A model generated the notes under the pieces. It did no database searches, had not been told where the DNA came from, and saw nothing but the letters and a program-made list of their open reading frames with translations. A DNA stretch of 64,000 nt from Gordius albopunctatus (taxonomy: Eukaryota). Of this stretch, positions 13,401 through 26,473 are shown in pieces; position 1 is the first letter of the stretch; each line of letters starts with the position of its first letter. A program made the position numbers and the translations under genes. The stretch lies in the NCBI GenBank assembly GCA_964276515.1, contig OZ193909.1:2728001-2792000 (forward strand), written 5' to 3'.

Positions 13401-13420
13401 CGGCCCGTTGCAGATCTCTA
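10403..13420 (+). mobile_element. Autonomous-looking hAT (Hermes/Ac-like) DNA transposon, 3018 bp
   Basis: TIR TAGAGATCTGCA(A)CGGGCC at both ends; perfect 8-bp TSD GGTTGAAT (10395-10402, 13421-13428); dense ACGGGC subterminal repeats. Confidence 0.97.
11209..13142 (+). CDS. hAT transposase (BED finger, DDE, C-terminal dimerisation domain), ~603 aa after splicing
   Basis: Predicted exons 11209-11224 (tentative), 11279-12760, 12794-12938 and 12974-13142 join in frame. Motifs: VWEQF..CKNC..HLKRH.C, TTDMWT, VTDQGAN, CAAH, RWNS, LKWWK..YPKL, IPATSATSERNFS. Confidence 0.88.
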
Positions 13421-13773
13421 GGTTGAATACCTAATGAGAAAGTCTTTCGTCGTATGGTCGAGCTTAGTATACCCCAAGCTCCATCGCATCATTCTTATCT
13501 CCGTTGCTTGTAATAGCTTTTCTCCGTGGTCTTTGATGCCTATGCTTCCATATAGTAACACCGGTCTTACGACGGATTTGTTTCTTCTTCAACCATATTG
13601 GCATTTTATTATCTGTGTACTTTAGCTGGCAGCGATGGGGTGCCTCAACGTTCATCTGCATGTATACCTCGATCGTTGATCTTTAAACCATATCCAGCTA
13701 AGCGCTTCATGCCATCTTTTCTACTTAGAATGCTTTCTCCTTTGTCTCTTCGCATAGTGCTATATCTTAGGTA

Positions 13774-14976
13774 GGGGAGACCGGGGCTAGTCGTAGCCCG
13801 GGGTTACTATTATCCTTGTAATTATTTTTTAAAGTAGTAATGATATATAATTAAAATTTAAACAACATGTGTATATTTTCATAAGGTTTAAGTAAAAAAA
13901 ATTTGTTTAGAAAAAATAAAATTTGAAATTTTTATAGAGGAAAAACGATTTTTTGGGGCTATTAGTAGCCTTAATAATTTTTTTTTATTTTGCACATAAA
14001 ATTTTTTCTACTCTATATTTTGGACTAATTTAAGTTTTATCTTATAAAGGAGATTTTTTATATAAATACCGTCTAATGATTAAATTTTTATATGCACTAT
14101 AACATGTTAAATTATTAGTTGTTTATAAAAAGTAGGGTCGGGGCTAGTCGGAGAGGGGCTAGTGCTAGCCATTTTTCATTGCGTCTTAGGGCTTTTCTTA
14201 ATATTGGATTTAGCTGCGCAGCAAAAATCGTCGTACGGGTTATAACATAGCCTTGTCTTAACTTCGAATTCACAGCAGATTTGCATATTAGGCGCATAAC
14301 ATAACAGTGATTTTGTAAGATGCAATTTTTTTCCTAAACTTAAATGTTGTTAAATTTATAGGTATTGACAAAGTTTAGATTTAATATCTAGAGTTGAAAA
14401 AAACAAGGAACGTTTTTAACTATCAAAAAACAAAATATAATCGATCACAACCGAGTTTGACTCATGAAATTGAATCGGATATTTAGACAAAGATAAATTC
14501 GCGCGATTTGAATCTGAATCCGATATTAAGACAAGCCCTTACAAATGACAAGATTTAAAAAAAACAATTTATTTGTTTAATAATCTAACTTGGTGTGATT
14601 TGGAATAGAAATAAACTATGATTATACAATAAAATACTACTAAAAGTTTTTTCCATTGCAGAATCTGTCTTTTAAGACTTAAGTCAGATTTTCATCTTTT
14701 TTTACTTTTATTATATAAAATCCAATCATATTACATTTGCATTTTCTGTATTTTTTAAAATGAAACAATCTTTTTAACGTCAGGGTTAATCTGTAGGCTA
14801 TGACTAGTCCCGGGAATTTTAAAAATTTTTGTTTTCTTAAACTTAATTTGTCAGAAAACTGTTAATGATTTCCTTCTAAATTTTTTTCCTATAGTAAAAA
14901 TGCACCTTAAAAATTTTTTTAGTTTTTTTTAAAACGCCATTTATTTTTTTATGGCTAAAGTAGTCCCGGTCTCCCC
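13774..14976. mobile_element. Non-autonomous Tc1/mariner-superfamily (pogo-like) element
   Basis: TIR GGGGAGACCGGG(G/A)CTA; TA TSD at 13772-73 and 14977-78. Removing the element and one TA restores collinearity with the RTE RT sequence at ~56945-56980. Internal GGGGCTAGT repeats; no transposase ORF. Confidence 0.85.
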
Positions 14977-17541
14977 TATATAGCATACACCATAGCGATG
15001 GCATTTGAATGTCTCCGGTTATCGTGTCCATAATTATATTAAATAAAAAGGGACTTGAAACAGATCTGATTTAATCCAATTTCAAACCCAAAAGGTTTAG
15101 AGTCTCCAGCTGTCGTCCTAAAGCACGAATTTGAGGCTTCATAAACATTTTTCATAATCTGTATATATGCGTCAGGGATATTTTGTTTTCTCAAGCACCA
15201 CCATATTAAATCGTGAGGGATTTTATCATAAGATTTCTCCAACCATGTGTTGATTTCTTTTCACCGTATTTAGCCTTCATTGTCTTAGTGCGAAAATTGT
15301 CGCGACCACAAATCCGAATTGTTAGCCGATATTTCCACCTCGTTTTTCAGCCTTGTTACTAAGATCCTTTATATAAGCTTTAAGGAAATTGATACCTCTG
15401 TAATTGCCACACTCCTAAAGGTCTAGTTTGCCTTTAAATAAGCGTATAATCGTGCTTGTTCTCCATTGATTAGGAATTCGCTCTACTACCAATATCTACT
15501 TAAAGAGGTTCGTCATGGTGGTGACTAATTCTTCACGGCATCCAAGCAATGCTTCCAAGGGTATCCATCTGGGCCATTAGCTTTTACCTTTTGAATCTTG
15601 TTCATTTGTGTTCTAACTTCATCCTCCTGAAAGACATACTTATGTTTGGCTCAATATCGGAAAGGGAATCTTTGTCATTTGAAATATCCTTTCCATCCCT
15701 TCCGTCCGCTTGAATAAGGTTTGACCTTCCTTGTTTTTGATTATTTTACGGACTCCGACATCGCGACTTTTCTTCTTCCTTATCTTGGCCATTTATACAT
15801 ATGCCTGTCGCCTTTTTTATGGTCCAGTTTGTTATCTCGCTGTACGCGGAATTTTTCGCGGCTCTCTTTTCCTCCCTATACTCTTGATAATTCTTCGATT
15901 TTTTTTGATTTCGATGAAATTCCTAACCGATCACCATAGTTCCCTATTCAGAGCTTTGCCTCCTTCGGTCTGTCTTAGAACTTGAATCTCTGTTTCCTTT
16001 ATGTCCTTAGTTAGCGCCCAATGGTCGTCTGCATCCCCTTGAAACTTTCTTGCGCCGAAGAGTGAGGAGATTTTGATGATATTTATCGTTTGTCGACGTA
16101 TCCTTTACCCTTTTGTATCGAATTCGAGGTTCATAGACCTTTCTTCTTTCGATAAATACTTTTCTTTCAAGATCGGTCACAAATGGAAGATAATGCCTGG
16201 CGATTTCTTCTCTTGGTATCACTTTGCAATCCTTGATACTCCATAAGTCCTTTCGCCGTATGAGCAGATATTTAATTTGACTAATCTGCTTCCCATTTCT
16301 ATAGGTCATCTTCGCGTTTTTTAAAATAGGTATAAGGATCGCCATGTCGGATGCATGTGTTACTTGGAGAAGTTTTTTCCTTCTTTGTTTCAGACCATGC
16401 CCATAGCTTTTATGATTCGTTCATACCCGAGGCGATCTTTCCCTAAATGAGCATTGCAATCCACCCAAATAATTAGCTTTACTTCCTGTCCTATTCCTTG
16501 TATCTCCTTTTCCAACGAATCGAAGAATTGTCTTTCTATGATTTTATACACCCAGTTTGGGGAGCACCCGTACATAACGGTTAGGAGGCCCCCTAGATTT
16601 CACCCACATTAGCCTGTCGGAACAACGTTTTACTTCCACCTCCTCGCCCTTTAACGATTCGCTTAAAACGGTACCGACCTCGTTTCTACGATTTGGTCAG
16701 CCACTGTAGAATAGTTTGTATCCTTCTCCTAGCTCCCGAGCTTTCGTTCCGTTCCATCTCGTTTCTTGTAGGCAGGCTATGTGTGCCTTTCTTCTTTTTA
16801 GCATTTGTGGGACCTCGATGCTCTTTCCCGTAAACGTTCCCACATTCGAGCACGTTATTCGCATTCTTTCTACAACTAATTTCCTTGACCGCCTTCTTTG
16901 TGAGTCAGGCAGGATAGTAACCCTAGTGGATTTAAGATTACACAAGCGGGGTATGCAGTGTGTGTCGTTTGTGGAGGAGGCCTTAGCTTTCTGTTGTAAA
17001 GTTTTGTTTGAAAATATCCTGATTTTGGAGTTTGTTTTTATAGCTGGTTTCCTACCTGAAGGCAACCCTCCACTTTTTGCACACTGATTTAGGATGGTCG
17101 TAGGTAGTGTTTAAATTTAAATAGTTTAAAATTTAAAAATAAAGTGCCCCGTTTAATGCTTTCTCCATTAAAAGAATTAATTTTGGGCAATATAATTTAT
17201 GAAGTCATTTAAAATTTGCTTACATGACATAAATATAAATAAAACAATTTTAAGTTTTGCATAAGGCTATAAAACAATTTTGTCAATAGTCATATCTCAA
17301 TTCTCAATACAAAAACAATTTAAATTAATCCAACAAGTAATTAATTCTTTTTTATAATTATCTTTCAAAGGGATTAAATAAATAATAATTAAGTAATTAG
17401 AGCATATTAGTATATTAAAAAGTTTTAATTTCTTATAAACAATGAAATAAAAAACTTGGTGATAATCTTAAAGAACTGTTATTTTTAAAATATTTGAAGC
17501 CAAACACATATATTAAATACAGCAATATTATAATACACAAA

Positions 17542-18306
17542 CTATATTGTTTTCTTTATTTTTTGCAAAGAGTTTGATAACTCTACTACAGGGTTCATTA
17601 TTAAATTGCAAAGTTGACCTGACGTATCATCAAGGGTTTTACATAATAGTGTGTGCATCACATTTATTTCTTCTATTTTTAACAAATATTCTAGTTCATT
17701 TGCTGATACAAATTGCCCACATATAAGTCCACCCAATGGTATGATAAATTTAAAATTGGATAACAAATTTTTAATACCACAAAGGTCTAGCTCTGATTTG
17801 TAAATAATATTTGTACTAAATTGAAACAATGGCAATATTTTATAAAACTTTGTTCCAGTTAATGCTTTTCGCATTACAATGTAATTACTTTGATCCATCC
17901 AAAAACTATTTTTCCTTAGATATTTTGTTAAGTTAAATCTACCATGTTGTGGATAAGGTAAGAATTGGAAAAAGCATATAGTGGAATAATTGGTAAATGT
18001 GTTTATAATTTGTTTGGCTAAAAAATTCTCATACGTTACAGCTGACAAATTGAAAGGGACATTATTTTGGATGCAAAAATCTAATTCGTGATCAAATTTT
18101 TGAGTCTTTTTACATTTAACATATAATGGAGTATCATCTGGAGCATAAAATGGTTGAGTGGCTGTTTCCAAAACTCTTCTTAAATAATGACTGGGGCGAG
18201 GTTTTGGATCATTTATTCGCGTCCTAAATCTTATGAGGCCTAGCGATATGCTTGGTTCATTAAAATATTTTGAATGTTTTAGGCAAATATTTTTTAAAGA
18301 ATGCAT
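17542..18306 (-). CDS. MRPL10: Mitochondrial large-subunit ribosomal protein uL10m, single exon, 254 aa
   Basis: Basic N-terminal presequence, then RTRINDPKPRPSHYLRRVLETATQPFY (matches the invertebrate mRpL10 signature as recalled), L10 domain with ALTGTKFYKILPLF and LGGLI, and a helical C-terminus. Confidence 0.8.
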   Translation of the reverse strand: MHSLKNICLKHSKYFNEPSISLGLIRFRTRINDPKPRPSHYLRRVLETATQPFYAPDDTPLYVKCKKTQKFDHELDFCIQNNVPFNLSAVTYENFLAKQIINTFTNYSTICFFQFLPYPQHGRFNLTKYLRKNSFWMDQSNYIVMRKALTGTKFYKILPLFQFSTNIIYKSELDLCGIKNLLSNFKFIIPLGGLICGQFVSANELEYLLKIEEINVMHTLLCKTLDDTSGQLCNLIMNPVVELSNSLQKIKKTI

Positions 18307-19678
18307 CGATTCAAATCGAAAAATAACTAAACAGACTTATTTGGGTACAAATCGATTAAATCAAAACTGGCCAACAGCTGATAATTATTAAGTAAGGGCC
18401 CCTTAATATACGATTCAACTTCAAGCGCCATATTTTTGTTTGTCTAAATATGCGATATATATGTTGTGGAATCAACAATTTTAGTTTAGTTACCATATGA
18501 ATATGCATTAATAAGCGTAATTAAAGGATAAATATTTGTTTTATGAGCAAATAAAAAAATAGAAAAAAATGACGTGACGCTCGTATATGCATTCGTTTTT
18601 TTGCATCTATGCAAAATCGCATTTTAAGACGCACCCTAAGGGTGTAAACTACCATTTTTCATGTATATATTTACAAACTAGCCGTTATTTATTTTGTTGA
18701 ATATTTGAATATCGAACTGACAGAGAATTAAGCCTTTAAGGTTTTTATTATACTTTTTTTAATAAATTTAACATGAGGCCTAAGTTTCTCAATAAATTTC
18801 AATTTAAAAAACCTTTTCTCCGGTCTATAGTATTTTTGTCTATGGTCCTATATGTCTAAATTGTGGCTTATAACATAACCATTGACCTTAACCCTGAACT
18901 CACCCCAAAATTTACCCAAATCTTAATTTTTTATATAAAAATAAATAACATTTTTATAATTTTTTAATGATGCCAAGCATAAACATCTTCTGTAGGGGTA
19001 AACCAACTAATATGTGTACAGGTTAATAAATTACTTAAACTATGAAAACTAATTTAGAGCTTTTAATTATAAAGCGTTTTATAAGGTGCTTCTTCAAAAA
19101 ATTAGTCTTTACGATTACCTATAAAAATATCTCTTAATAATTTCCCATATAATATTTATGGTAAAAGTCATTTAATTTACCCCAACCATCACTTTCTTTT
19201 CTTTGAGATGCTTGAAGTTAAATTTTTAGGTGATGCGAAAAACTCAATAAATTTTTTGAAATAGTTTACGAAAATTTTTAGGCTTATACATTTTTAATAA
19301 ACCATCACCATTATTTGATAATACTTAATTAATAATTTTATTACATTTAAAATTTTTGCGAATTTTTTATAATAAATAATTTAAGCCTTCAAGTGGGCTT
19401 AGAGCCGCAAACATCTATAAAATTCTCGGTCTTTAAAAAGAGTTGGAGTTTTTGTGAGCCGATCGAGCGTTAATACCACGATCAGTACCCTGGCTTATTT
19501 TTATTTCTCAGTTTATAAGTATTTTAGGCAAATAGCTTAGACCCTTGATTGCTCCCGTTCAAGGGCCTACATAATATAAATATCTTGGCGCCCTACTTTA
19601 AGGAAATGCCTCGTCAAAATATTTTGGTAAACAAATAAAGAAGAAAGCCTCAACTTGCATGCTGTAAAATATAAATAA

Positions 19679-20300
19679 TAGAGATTTGCAACGGGCCTGT
19701 TTCGGTCAATCGTCCCCCGCCCATTACAAATTTGAAAAGCTCTGACCTAGCCGGTCAAAATAAATAATAGGCCCGAACTCGATCATTTTATCTTTACAAG
19801 GCTCTAAAAAATTTATATTGCGTTTTTAATTTGAGATGGTGATTTAATTAAATGTTTAAACAATGTTACAAATGTTCATAATAATCACGTAAAAAGTATA
19901 AATCATTAATAATTCCGGTTTCGAACGAGTTCTACTTACTTTTAAGAGGCAACCTGCAGGTGGAAAATTCTTTCGCGGGTGAAACTCGGGATTTTTTGCA
20001 GAAGAAAATAATTTTAAAAACCTTATTTTCGGTTGAAATAATTGTAATAAAAGTTACCTAGCTTTTTTGCTTTTCCACCATTTGAAATATTTTAGTTTAT
20101 TTATATAGATGAAAATCTTACTGATACCTTATAGATGAAATTTGATAAAATGATAATTAAAAAAATTGTTTCATGAACTTTCTGATGAGTTTATATTTAT
20201 AAAATCTCACATAAACTTGTAATAAAGCTTACCTAAATATTATATTAATTTATTCTAATGTATGTTATTGGGTAATAATGGAGTGCATTACGTGTTTAGA
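19679..20300 (-). pseudogene. Degraded hAT transposon right end related to the 10403 element
   Basis: TIR TAGAGATTTGCAACGGGCC at 19679; minus-strand remnants resemble ERNFS.AG..RTR.KPEIINDL.FL.D; WW motif at ~20075. Confidence 0.75.
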
Positions 20301-20399
20301 AATAACACTTAAATTTGAGATACGCGTTGAGAAATTTATCTGAATGAATAAAGAGGCTGATTTTGCTTAATTTTTATTGTTAAGATCAAATAATAAAAA

Positions 20400-22430
20400 A
20401 ATAATACCATACTTAACATACTTAATATAGGATCCTTAGGGAAGCAAGGGAAGCATTCATCACCCTTCTTAAAAGAATCCTCATAACTGTCAATAAAACC
20501 CCTGAAAATCTAACAAAGTGGAGAATTCTTTTCTCCATATTTTTTCACACCTTATCAATACCAAAACCTAAGGTCGCCCAATTATTTAAGGTCATTAAAG
20601 GATCAATCCAAAGTTTTCAACCAAATAAGCCTTTCTGCTCTTAAAAGAGTCACATCAGCCTAAGAATTTATTGAACTTAAGAACTAAGGTAATACAATTT
20701 TAGAAGTTACAAATGTAATAAATTCTTTTTAAAAAATTCAGCAGCAGGTCTAGATAGAAACCGCTCCATTTTTCTGCAAGGCCTAATTAAGCCCAATATA
20801 CGCGGTTCAATAAGCTTACTTGCGAGTTTACCACATCTCTGTAACATTATAATAAGGGGCAAATTCCCTCCAGAAATATCGCAACTCCTTTTTGGGGGAA
20901 AACTATTGGACTTCAATATAGCTGACGGCTCAATTCGTCTCATCTATAGGGTCAGTTTTACGCAGAATGGCTTCCAAATTAATCACAATCAAAGTCTGGG
21001 CCTCTTTGGCATGTTCCATTCTCCCCAATTAATTAGGTTTAGGAGTCAATGGAGGGTGTGAAGCAGCCGTCCATACGGCCCGAATTCTTTCGAATCATCA
21101 CCCCAGACAAATCTCTTAGTTAAACTCGACTTTAAAAACGCTTTTAACAGCGTCAATAGGGCAGCGTTCCTTGCACCCTTCCAGAAAGCATACACCCAAT
21201 TTTACTCGTTACGCCCTTAATAGTTATGGAGCCCCATTATTTCTAATGTTTGGGACAAGATAATACACTCGTCTAGAGGGATACAGCAAGGTGATCCCCT
21301 AGGCCCAGCACTTTTCTGCCTAGCCATACAGGGGATCATCCGAAACTGTCTAACACAGGAAGTTTTTCTTGCAACCTATGGTACATGGACGACGGATTTT
21401 TGGTGGGCCCTGCAAGTGAATTAAGTAAAATACTGCCGATTATTGAATCCTTAACATTTATAGAGGACGTCAAACCCACCCTGCAGAAACACCCTACACC
21501 ATGCATTCTTTTTGGCTAAAAATTTACTGCTAACCCCGAAAATAAATCACGCCTTGCGTGCATCATCTATCTTTGGCTGCCAAGAGCAATTAAATATAAT
21601 CGAACGAAAAATTCAGATTCTTTTTGAAACCTGCTTAAATATAAAGTTTACCCCAGTCCAATGACTCCAAGCATCACTCACCTTCTAAGAATGGGTAATT
21701 GGTATTCGATTTCCGCAACAGATAGCATTAACGGGTTTTATATATTCGCACATGAGTACCGACCCCCTTATCTCTGCCATGACATCCCTCCCAGACCCGC
21801 ATCTCCAAGAGGCTATCCACAGGTGGGACGCGAAAAGGCTCGAGTCAGCCGAACTATCACTCAGAGTGACCCAAAAGGAATAGGACCTTCCTCTATTAGC
21901 ACGTTCTATAGCTTTTCTTTCTTCGAACGAACTAACTCAGGAAAAACTTCTTTTCAATTGGTTAAATGGCTTGAAGCAATCCCGAGCAGGAATTTGAGAG
22001 TTCATATGTCCGGGGAAGAGTTAAGCCATAGGCCTCCGTCTCGGATGTGACATAGTATCCCCTTTCGTATGCGATCTCTGCAAGTATCCGGTCCAACACA
22101 ATGGTCATCATCCCATCCATTACAAATACAGCAAAGGCCGCAACCCCAGACACACGGCGATCAAAAAAATTATCGGCCAGTACCTTAGCAAGGCTGGTTA
22201 CCCAAACACCTTGGAGCCCGTCAGCCTTAGCACCACCGACGGATAAAGACCAGATGGCGTCACATTAATCCCATGGTCCCGTGGACTGAATTTCACTTGG
22301 GACTTTACCACGGTCGACATATTTGCCCCATCCAACTCCTCTCCCAACCTTATAGTCAATGCAGAGAATAGGAAGACAACCAAATATTCGTTCCTCGCGG
22401 ACACAATATTCATTCCCGTAATGGCAACCA
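20400..22430 (+). pseudogene. Degraded, more divergent CRE-clade non-LTR retrotransposon (RT + RLE)
   Basis: Remnants KLDFKNAFNSVNR, GIQQGDPLGPALF, WYMDD, a zinc knuckle and RPDGVTLIPWSRG..WDFTTVD; many frameshifts. Confidence 0.85.
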
Positions 22431-22589
22431 CAATTTTTTTATGTTTATTGTATGGTGCCTTATAAATAATGCGCTGTGTAAAATATCAGTTATGTTATGG
22501 ATTATATGCTAATTTCTTAAGTATTTTTTATAAAAAAGCCGTCTTATTTTTAATAAAATCATTGAGTGATATAATTATTAATAATGTTT

Positions 22590-22750
22590 CATGGGCTTAG
22601 CCAGCATTGGAATTGGAGGGGAGCAATAATGATTCAGGGAGGGGCAATCATTTTTGGAAATTTTGACCATAATTTTAATTAATTTCAACAATTTTTTGGA
22701 TTTAGAGAGGGACAGCCGCCCTTTCCTGCCCCCCCCCGGCTGCTCCCATG
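22590..22750. mobile_element. hAT-type MITE, CATGGGCGTAGCC family (degenerate)
   Basis: Similar to 26311-26473; imperfect TIRs; TSD not recognisable. Confidence 0.8.
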
Positions 22751-24129
22751 TTTAACTTGATAAAAATACAAAATTTGGTTTTATAGACATAAATTAAATA
22801 ATAATAAAATATATAAACACAAGGGGTGCCTTAAAAATGAAGAAATCATATTTTGGTATAATGGGATTATTTTTCAAAATTTAATATTGAGGGATGAATT
22901 TGACTTCAAACAGTTGCTAAAATATTATTTATTCTAATTTAAATTGTTTCTCAAGGTTTGACAATGTCGTTAAAAAAATAGTGATTTTCACAATTCTATA
23001 TTTTAGGTTTAATATTGATTTTATAAATAAGTTTGGGAACCAATGTTGTAGAGAGTCACTCGTTCGAAATAATTTAACATTTCAGAAAAAGATCTTCAAT
23101 TCAAAATCATTAGAATATTTCGCAATCAATACGCCTAACGATTGTTTTTTAATTTGACTTTTCAAACTTTTTGGATGTTAATCTAATATAAGATTATGAA
23201 GGTCAACTTGAAATTTATTAAATTTGATAGCCAACCTTTTAAACCAACATGGCGACATCTTTATAAGACTTTAATCTATGTAGTAAAGTAGAATTAAAAT
23301 TTCACAAAAAAGGTTTATCTAGATATTTGATACCTAGCATCAAAAATTGTAAGTGTTCAGGATTAAGCCCATCCTGATTAATGGTCTAAAAATCAATAAT
23401 TCTACGAGTGGTCAACTTGAGCTCACGTTATCACCAATAAATAAGTATCGACTTGTTCGCTATGATAAGAACAATTGTCTTTTCGCATTAAATGGTCTTC
23501 GCTCTTTCTTTAACAAATTTACTTTTAAGGATAAATATGCTCTAGATATTATATTATTTAAGATCGCTATTCGCAAACAAATTATAATGTTGGTCCTGCC
23601 TCGCATGGAACCTCAAAAGTTAGATTGCATTTAATGGAGCATTCGAATGGGAAATTGTTTGAGCCAATGTTATCAATTCTGGCCATGCCACAGGAACGGG
23701 TACAACAATTTATATTAATATATGATTGTGTTAAATATTGATGAGAGCCAACGGGGTTTTTAATCTGAACTAGGCAGTATCAATCAACTTCTAATGTAAA
23801 TTGTTCATTAGTTTTAAAAAATTTGTGTTAAATTAATAAATAAAATAAGATATTAGTAAAGCCGAAAATTTCTACTTTATATATTTTTATAGTACTAAAA
23901 TATATGATTTATAACTTGATATTTGATTTGAAGTGAATCTTTCAGAAATCCTACTTTTTTATATAATAGAACCTTGGACTTTAACCAATGGTTCAATTAT
24001 AAAATAAATATTCGCATACCCAATATAATTAGCGATGCTAACTTGTTTTAAAACCGATTTTATCTCATACCTGTTGAGGCCTAGTCTCTCCTTAGTTTAT
24101 CGATCTCCCACCATATGACTTTGCACATT

Positions 24130-25124
24130 AGAACACATGTTGTTAAATAAGTATTTTGGTTTATTGGATTTGTTTTATCCCCCTCCGCCTACAAAATCTT
24201 CGAATCTCCTGGCTTCTAAACTGCGGACAGTTATCCGATATAAGGATTGGTGGGTTACCGAACCTGGCGAACACTTCCGCCAGCTTTATGATTATGGTTG
24301 AGGTTGCCGTATCTTCTAATTTGCAAACCTCTAACCATTTCGTTCCGTTATCCACCAAGACAAAATACGACCTGCCGCGCACCGGCCCAAACAAATCCAC
24401 GTGTACCTGGCTCCAAGGCCTGAAGTTTTGTTCACCTTTGATCAATGGCCCCCTTTTTGGTGCTCCGCTCGTGTAGTTTCATGCCCTGCAACTTTTCGCT
24501 AGGTTTGCGATATCCTGAATAAGTGTCGGCCACCATAGGTATTGCGCTGCCATCTGTTGCGTTCGCTTAACGCCCACGTGGCCCTTGTGTAACCGTTGTA
24601 GCACCGCGCACCTTAATCTAGTTGGAATGAGGATCCGTCGTCCCTTGTAGAAAATCACGTCATTGAACTCGTGTAACTTTGGCGGATACCTTTCGTGGAG
24701 GCGCATAGTACCCGCGACTACTGTGCCTTGATGTTGGCCTCGAATTGAATTAGAAATGTTTCAATGGAATCTCCTAACCGAATAATTCCATGTCGTTTCT
24801 AACTATTATTGAATTAGAAATGTTTCGATAGAACCTCCACCTCCGAATAATTCCTTGTCGTTTCTAACGATTATCGAAATCAAATATCTCAACAGAATCT
24901 CCTCTTCTGAATAATTCCCCGTAGGTTCACGATCCTACTCACGACGCCAATGTTAGATCTATTCGATCTGACTTTATTAGAAATCCATTCACTTTACAAG
25001 GAACACGCGCGCGAAAAACACAAAAACGCGATAAATAATAAAAACACGCGATCGGAAGAGAATAACACGTGTTCTATCTCTTTTTGCTCCACGAGCAAAA
25101 TAGAACTTAAGCGTACATTACACA
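24130..25124 (-). mobile_element. Internally deleted Ty3/gypsy (Mag-like) element: 5' LTR, PBS, 63-bp tandem repeats, integrase fragment
   Basis: LTR ~24951-25124 is bounded by TGT..ACA. PBS TGGCGTCGTGAGTAGGAT lies at 24932-24949 (minus). Integrase pieces LHKGHVG..WWP..C and WSQVHVDLFGP..VDNGTKWLEV..SDN. Confidence 0.8.
24745..24920. repeat. ~63-bp tandem repeat, ~3 copies, downstream of the PBS
   Basis: GAATTAGAAATGTTTC..GAATAATTCC.TGTCGTTTCTAAC unit is repeated. Confidence 0.8.
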
Positions 25125-25203
25125 TCGTCAGTTATCCTCTACAGCTATGAAGTTACTTTTGCGTTAAATATTATAGCCTCTAAGTTAATTAATTGTATGC
25201 ATA

Positions 25204-25360
25204 TATGGGCGTAGCCAAGGGAGGGGGGGGGGGCGAAAAAAAATTTTTTCAATGCAAAAAGCCTTAAAAATTAAACAAAAAATTATGTTTTCCCTCCCCC
25301 CTAATTAAACTTTTGAACGTTTCGCCCCCCCCCCTAATCCAAAACCTGGCTACGCCCATG
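25204..25360. mobile_element. hAT-type MITE (GGGCGTAGCCA TIR)
   Basis: TIR (T)ATGGGCGTAGCCA / TGGCTACGCCCATG; degenerate 8-bp TSD TATGCATA/CATGCAAA. Confidence 0.85.
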
Positions 25361-26310
25361 CATGCAAATTTTATTCTTTAATTTTCTTTCACACATTAAT
25401 TGTATGTAAGAATTTAAAAAGACAAATTTCTTCCCCACCCTTAACTTTAATCGTTGATTTAAATAATAAGAACAATTATATGTAAATGTAATATCGCATC
25501 AAAAAGTGTTTAACGTTGATACTGGAATTTTAGATTGCATTATATTACAGCTTCTAAAGGGACCCCGTAATTAGTTGCACATTAATAAAAAATTATACTA
25601 AATTCCTATATTTAGAAATAGATCTGATGGGGTAGTGGACAGGATAGGAAACCAACCTGACTATTTAAGTTATAATTGAGGCTCGTGTCCATATTTCCAT
25701 TACATTTCAAATAATTTGTTATCAAATGTCATAAATTTTATACAAGACTTAACATGATTATGTGTGTTCCTTGAACAATAACTTGAAAAATCTTGCTGAT
25801 CAGTATGACTTAAAAGATTTATTCTTCTTCTTCAGCATGCATTTGGCCTTCCATCTTGATCGAGTTAAGGCTATCTCGTTATTAATCGTAAATTGATCAC
25901 CTTAACCTTTCCACGTAACACCAGGTCATCTTTTTCTTCACTTTACCGACACCTCCATGTTTATTTCGTTCCATTTACATTAATCGCATCCCTTCTTACT
26001 ATATGTACATACCACCTTATCTAATTTTTGTTTATCATGTTTGCCCAGAGTTGAATACCAATTTCCACACTGAGGCAGTCATTAGTCATATGGTCGACCT
26101 TTGTACCCAAGCCCCACGCTTTTCCAGCATTATTCGCCATTGCAACTACCTTCGCAGCTCTCTTTCTCTTCTATACTCGAAAAATTTCGGTTTATTTTGA
26201 CTTTTGCTACCTTTTATTTTAAGTTTTCTTTCTTCGATGAATTTCTAACCGATCGCATTTACCGCCATAGCTTTGTCTATTTTGTCTGTCTTAACCTCCA
26301 TATCTGTTTT

Positions 26311-26473
26311 CATGGGCGTAGCCAGCATTGGGATTAGAGGGGGTCAATGTTGATTAAGAGAGGGGCAAAATGATCATTTTTTGAAATTTTAGCCATGATT
26401 TTACAAATTTCAACAATTTTTTGGATTTGGAGGGGGCAGCCGCCCCTCCTTGCCCCCCCCGGCTACGCCCATG
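26311..26473. mobile_element. hAT-type MITE, 163 bp
   Basis: Perfect TIR CATGGGCGTAGCC / GGCTACGCCCATG and perfect 8-bp TSD TCTGTTTT. Confidence 0.95.

Larger units (their letters stand above)
10135..17111 (-). mobile_element. Full-length but decayed RTE LINE (family A), interrupted by two DNA transposons
   Basis: 5' end AACACTACCTACGAC at ~17111 matches the copy at 54670. APE motifs ACLQETRWNG and KDCKVIP, RT remnants, and a 3' AAG tail at ~10135 are present. Split by the hAT at 10403-13420 and the TA-flanked element at 13774-14976. Confidence 0.9.

Noticed and set aside
23040..23700. ORF 23353-23634 and surrounding coding-like sequence
   Set aside because: No recognisable motif or consistent splice model; possibly an old TE remnant but not supportable.
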